A stretch of 64,000 nt of DNA from contig NW_003314267.1 in NCBI RefSeq assembly GCF_000143415.4, positions 1,748,100 through 1,812,099 on the forward strand. The letters run 5' to 3'. Each line of letters begins with the position of its first letter. Position 1 is the first letter of the stretch. Shown one piece after another: positions 59,905 to 64,000 of the stretch. The notes under the pieces were generated by a model that made no database searches, was not told where the DNA came from, and saw nothing but the letters and a program-made list of their open reading frames with translations. The DNA is from Selaginella moellendorffii (lineage: Eukaryota; Plantae; Lycopodiophyta). Position numbers and translations under genes: made by a program.

Positions 59905-62480
59905 AGTTGATGGTAGTTTAAACTTGATGGGAGTATTTATTTTTACATCGAGTATCATTTGTTAAATGAAGTGATGATTCTAGATGTGTGCCCTCTTGCT
60001 CATATAACTGATATTTTGGATTGTTTGGGGAAAAATTGTTGGTTCATCAAGTTAGATTTTGCATTTGGCCGAAGAAGATATTCCTAAGACTATTTTTTGT
60101 ATATTGTTTGGTTTGTACGAGTTCTTGGTGATGTCATTTGGTTTGAATAATGCTTTAGCAACTTTCCAGCAGATGATGGATAAAGTTCTTTATGATATGC
60201 TAAAAGTGAATATTGACTTCATCAATAATGTTTTAATCCACTCAAAAGGGATGATGTTTTAATCCACTCGGAAAGGACATGGGAAGAACATGTCCATGAT
60301 ATTTGTAAAGTGTTAAATCGGCTATGGTAAGTTAGTTTAAAGCTAAAGTAGTTGGGTTCAAGGACACGATTTATCTTGGGTATCGTATTTCTCGTGAGGG
60401 TTTGCAAGTTAATCCTAATAAACTTGTGGCTATTCCAAAGTTCCCTACTTCGAAGTGTGTGAATAATGTGTAGTGCTTCTTGAGTAAAGTGCAATATCTA
60501 AATCGTTTTGTGAATCATTTTTTTGATCGCACTGCACTGTTACAAACATTGTTGAAGTCATTAACATCATCTTTCATCTTGTCTGTGGACTGTGAACGAG
60601 CGTTCATGGATCTCAAGGAGTTATTGACGACTCTTTTGGTTTTAGCGTATTCTAACTATACTTGACCTTTCATTTTGCGCATGGATGCTTCTGATATTAG
60701 TCTTTGAGGTGTATTGATGAAAAAAAGCTTGAATCTACCTGGTCAGTGCTATCTTATTGCATATATAAGTTGTACATTACAACTAGTGGAAGCAAACTAC
60801 TCCATGATAAATATTAGTAACAGTTTACGGTTTTAAGAGATTTTATGCATATCTACATAGTTCTCAGACGTTATTGGAAGGTGATCATATTGTTGTTACT
60901 TCATTATTGAAGTGGAAGAACTTGGTTGATCGTACTGCTCAGTGGGTTTTGAAGCTTTAGATATATGATTTTGATATTATTCATTGTTCGAGGAGTTTTA
61001 TGGCTGATGTTGATGCCTTTTTTTAAGCTCCTTTTATTTCTTTGCTCTCTTCTCATGTTTTTGACAAGCCTATTATTTTAGCATTTATAGATTTTTTATA
61101 CAAGGATTCTGTGTAGTTGGTGGAGCATCATTTGCTAATGACTTATCATTTTGGCATTTACATTCTTAATATCACTTTGAGAATGGCTTTCTTTATTTTG
61201 TGGGGACAGACCTTGATAATCATTTATAGTTGGTGGTGCCTTTAATTTTTTTTCCACGGTTTCTCCATACTTACCATGATTTTCTTATTCTAGGCGGGCA
61301 TATAGGACATTATTGTGTGATTGAGAAGTTACACAGGTTTTTTTATTGGTCGGAGATGCGATATGATGTTATCTAGTATATGCATAATTACATTTAGTGC
61401 CAAGTTTGTAATACTCCCCCTCGTGTTACGGAAGGACAATTAGAGTTAATTGCAATTTCTCATTTACTTGAGTTGGTGGCATTTGATCTTATGGAACTTT
61501 TTTCACGATCGACTTTTGGCAATGAATATGTTATTATTGCTTCTGATTACTTGACTTGCTAGGTGAAAGTTGGTGCTTTTGCTAGTGCTTTTGCAATTGA
61601 TGTTTGATACTTCCTCCTCAATCGAGTGGTGTTCTAACATTCTTGTCTAGAGCGAATTCTTTTGGATAATAATCCCACATTTATGATTAAGGCATTTCAT
61701 GTTTTGACGTTTTAATTAGGGATATGCTACACTTTCACGAGTGCTTATTATCCACAATCAGACAGTTTAGTGGAACGGTTTGTTCAAACATTTAAAGGGA
61801 TGATCACGAAGTATGTGAATTTTCAACATTTGGATTGAGATGGTTATTTGTTATTTCTTTAGTATACATATGTCATAAGGGTGTAGAGTTTTGTTGGTGC
61901 TTCACCATAAAAACTCTTATATAGTCATGATCCAATATTACAAACAAAATTGGGTTTACCTTTGCGATTACCACGAGTTGTTGATGCTAGGTTGTGGGAT
62001 CAATATTTGACGAACATTCTTTCATTTATCCGAGTAGAGTCTGCCGAACACCTGGGTTGCATATAAATGGGAGAACAACAATGCTACAACTCTCATCATC
62101 ATCCACTTGTGGAGTACAAAGTGAATGATTTGGTATTAGTCCATTTTCCCCATCTTACGATATATAGTTTATCTAAAAAACTCCTTGCTCAGTGGAAAGG
62201 ATTGTATTAGATGTTATAGCAAGTTGGACTATAAGTTTATGAAGTTTGGCATGACATTTAACAAATTGATCCTTCTTCATACAAAGGGATTAAAAAGAAT
62301 TAGTATCACCTATACATCTATAAATGTCTTTTTTTGATATTCCTTTAGATCCCAGCTCATCTACAAGAAAATTTTAATGATCTTTCATTATTCTGAGAGG
62401 AGGGGATAATATAATGTCCAAATGTAGAGCTATATTTTTTAGAATGCATATTTTTTATATTCCCTTTTTATATTCCACTA
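59905..62480 (+). mobile_element. Degenerate gypsy pol remnant with PPT and internally deleted 3' LTR (from 62410)
   Basis: RT, RNase H and integrase remnants; GAGAGGAGGGG PPT; same family as the 18596 element. Confidence 0.85.
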
Positions 62481-62566
62481 TTAATTAAGTTAAGGATTTA
62501 CATTTAACATATGTTGTACAATTTCACTATAAAATTAGTGAAAAGGAAGATGAACCCTAAAATGCG

Positions 62567-64000
62567 ATGGACGACAGAGGTATGTTTTGTAGCGTCCCAG
62601 TTGTTGCCGAATCTTTATGCGGCGCCTTGTCTCTTGCCCCGACCGGATGCAACAGCCCAGTATCTCGGCAAGCCTCCAACGCGAATCTTGTCACGCATGA
62701 CGCAACCCACATCGAATCTGTCCACGCATCATTGAAAGCTTGCATCAGCACCAGGGATTTGCAATGGGGGAAAGTGATCCACTCGCAAGGAGCGATCCTC
62801 CTCTCCAGGAATGTTAATCTGGCCAATTCCCTCATCACCATGTACTGCAAATGCGGGAGCCTCGACGACGCTCGCAGCGTTTTCGATGGGATGCTACTCC
62901 GGGACGTGGTTTCCTGGAACGCTTTGATGCAAGGGTATGTGGACGCTGGCCAGGGAGGCAAGGCCCTAGAGATTTTCTCGCGGATGATGGAAGATAGCGG
63001 CTGTGACCCGGATGCTCGGAGCTTCGTAGCTGCGATCAAGGCTTGCTCCAGCGAGTTCCAAGAAGGAGAGTCTTCGACAGATTCGGATGGGAAAAAGCTC
63101 TCTATCAGGGGGAAAGCTCTCGACAGAGGGCGATGGATTCATTCTCAAGCTGCAAAGTTTGGCTGCGAATCCAACATGTTTGTTTCGAGCTCGCTCATCG
63201 ACTTTTATGCCAAGTGTGGGCGTTTGGTTGACGCGCGCCGGGTTTTCTCCAGAATGCGAGTTCGCGACGTGGTAACTTGGAATGCGATCATTCTGGGACA
63301 TGCCGAGAACGAGGAGCCGGAGCTGGCCTTGGAGTTCTTCTCGAGGATGCAAAGGGAGGGGAGTGTTCCAAACTCTCGAACTTTCGTCGCGGCGATCAAG
63401 GCTTGTGCTGTTCTTGCCGAGTTTGAGTCGAGCACTAGAGTGGAGAAGTCTGATGTGAAGGTGGCGAGCTTGGAGAGAGGCATGGCTCTTCACTCGCAAG
63501 CGGAGAGAAGTGGCAGTGTCTCGGACGTGTTCGTGCGGAATATTTTGGTGGATATGTATGCAAAGTGTGGAGACGTAGAGGATTCCCGGCGTGTTTTTAA
63601 CAGAAGTTCCCATCGCGACGTTGTTTCCTGGAACGCTATGATCCTGGGATACGCAGACAACGGAGAGGAGCATCTAGCTTTGGGGCTTTTCTCGAGCATG
63701 CCCAAGCCAAACTCTCGAAGTTATGTTGCTGCTCTAAAGGCTTGCAGTGCTCTGGCAGCTAAAGAACAAGGCAAGGAGTTTGATGGAAAAGCTGGCATCA
63801 AAATCGATTCTTTGGAGAAAGGCATGGCTCTCCACGCTGGAGCAACGATATCCGGCTGCGAACTCGATCACTTTGTAGCAAACACTCTGGTAGACATGTA
63901 CGTGAAGTGTGGTAGCACTGAAGATGGCCGCAGGGTCTTTGAGAAAATCCCACACCGGAGTGCTGTTTCGTGGAGCGCTTTGATTCTGGGTTATGCAAAC
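62567..64000 (+). CDS. PLS-class pentatricopeptide repeat protein (candidate organellar RNA-editing factor), open to the window end
   Basis: Continuous frame with NSLITMYCKCGSLDDARSVFDGM / DVVSWNALMQGY / SFVAAIKAC triplets; missing from the ORF track because it has no stop in the window. Confidence 0.93.
   Translation, partial: MDDRGMFCSVPVVAESLCGALSLAPTGCNSPVSRQASNANLVTHDATHIESVHASLKACISTRDLQWGKVIHSQGAILLSRNVNLANSLITMYCKCGSLDDARSVFDGMLLRDVVSWNALMQGYVDAGQGGKALEIFSRMMEDSGCDPDARSFVAAIKACSSEFQEGESSTDSDGKKLSIRGKALDRGRWIHSQAAKFGCESNMFVSSSLIDFYAKCGRLVDARRVFSRMRVRDVVTWNAIILGHAENEEPELALEFFSRMQREGSVPNSRTFVAAIKACAVLAEFESSTRVEKSDVKVASLERGMALHSQAERSGSVSDVFVRNILVDMYAKCGDVEDSRRVFNRSSHRDVVSWNAMILGYADNGEEHLALGLFSSMPKPNSRSYVAALKACSALAAKEQGKEFDGKAGIKIDSLEKGMALHAGATISGCELDHFVANTLVDMYVKCGSTEDGRRVFEKIPHRSAVSWSALILGYAN

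Larger units (their letters stand above)
56150..62480 (+). repeat. Segmental duplication copy B
   Basis: Collinear with 22175-36019 minus its insertions. Confidence 0.92.

Overview
Eukaryotic land-plant DNA, very probably a lycophyte such as Selaginella. This is an inference from ~45-90 nt GT-AG introns, very tight gene spacing, a ciliary CFAP45 gene alongside a STOMAGEN gene, a single-DUF26 receptor kinase and PLS PPR motifs with long insertions. 0.7-18.3 kb is a dense gene block: tRNA-Ser pseudogene, ZF-HD factor, UEV1, ankyrin protein, tRNase Z, a signal-peptide-bearing tandem-SET protein, CAF1, CFAP45 and an SDR. 18.6-36.0 kb is a nested repeat island bounded by same-family gypsy LTRs. 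It holds a duplicated copy of 56.15-62.5 kb, a TRIM carrying a 5S-rRNA-containing Cassandra-type solo LTR, a larger solo LTR, and a near-complete chromovirus with a G GGA AAC + hairpin frameshift signal. 37-44.5 kb carries STOMAGEN/EPFL9, a myristoylation-motif PKS/BIG GRAIN-like gene, a divergent OAS-TL and a potato-I protease inhibitor. 45.5-53.9 kb is AT-rich TE debris. It is followed by a DUF26 kinase, the second duplication copy and a PLS-class PPR gene running off the window. All gene models were read by eye, so boundaries are approximate.
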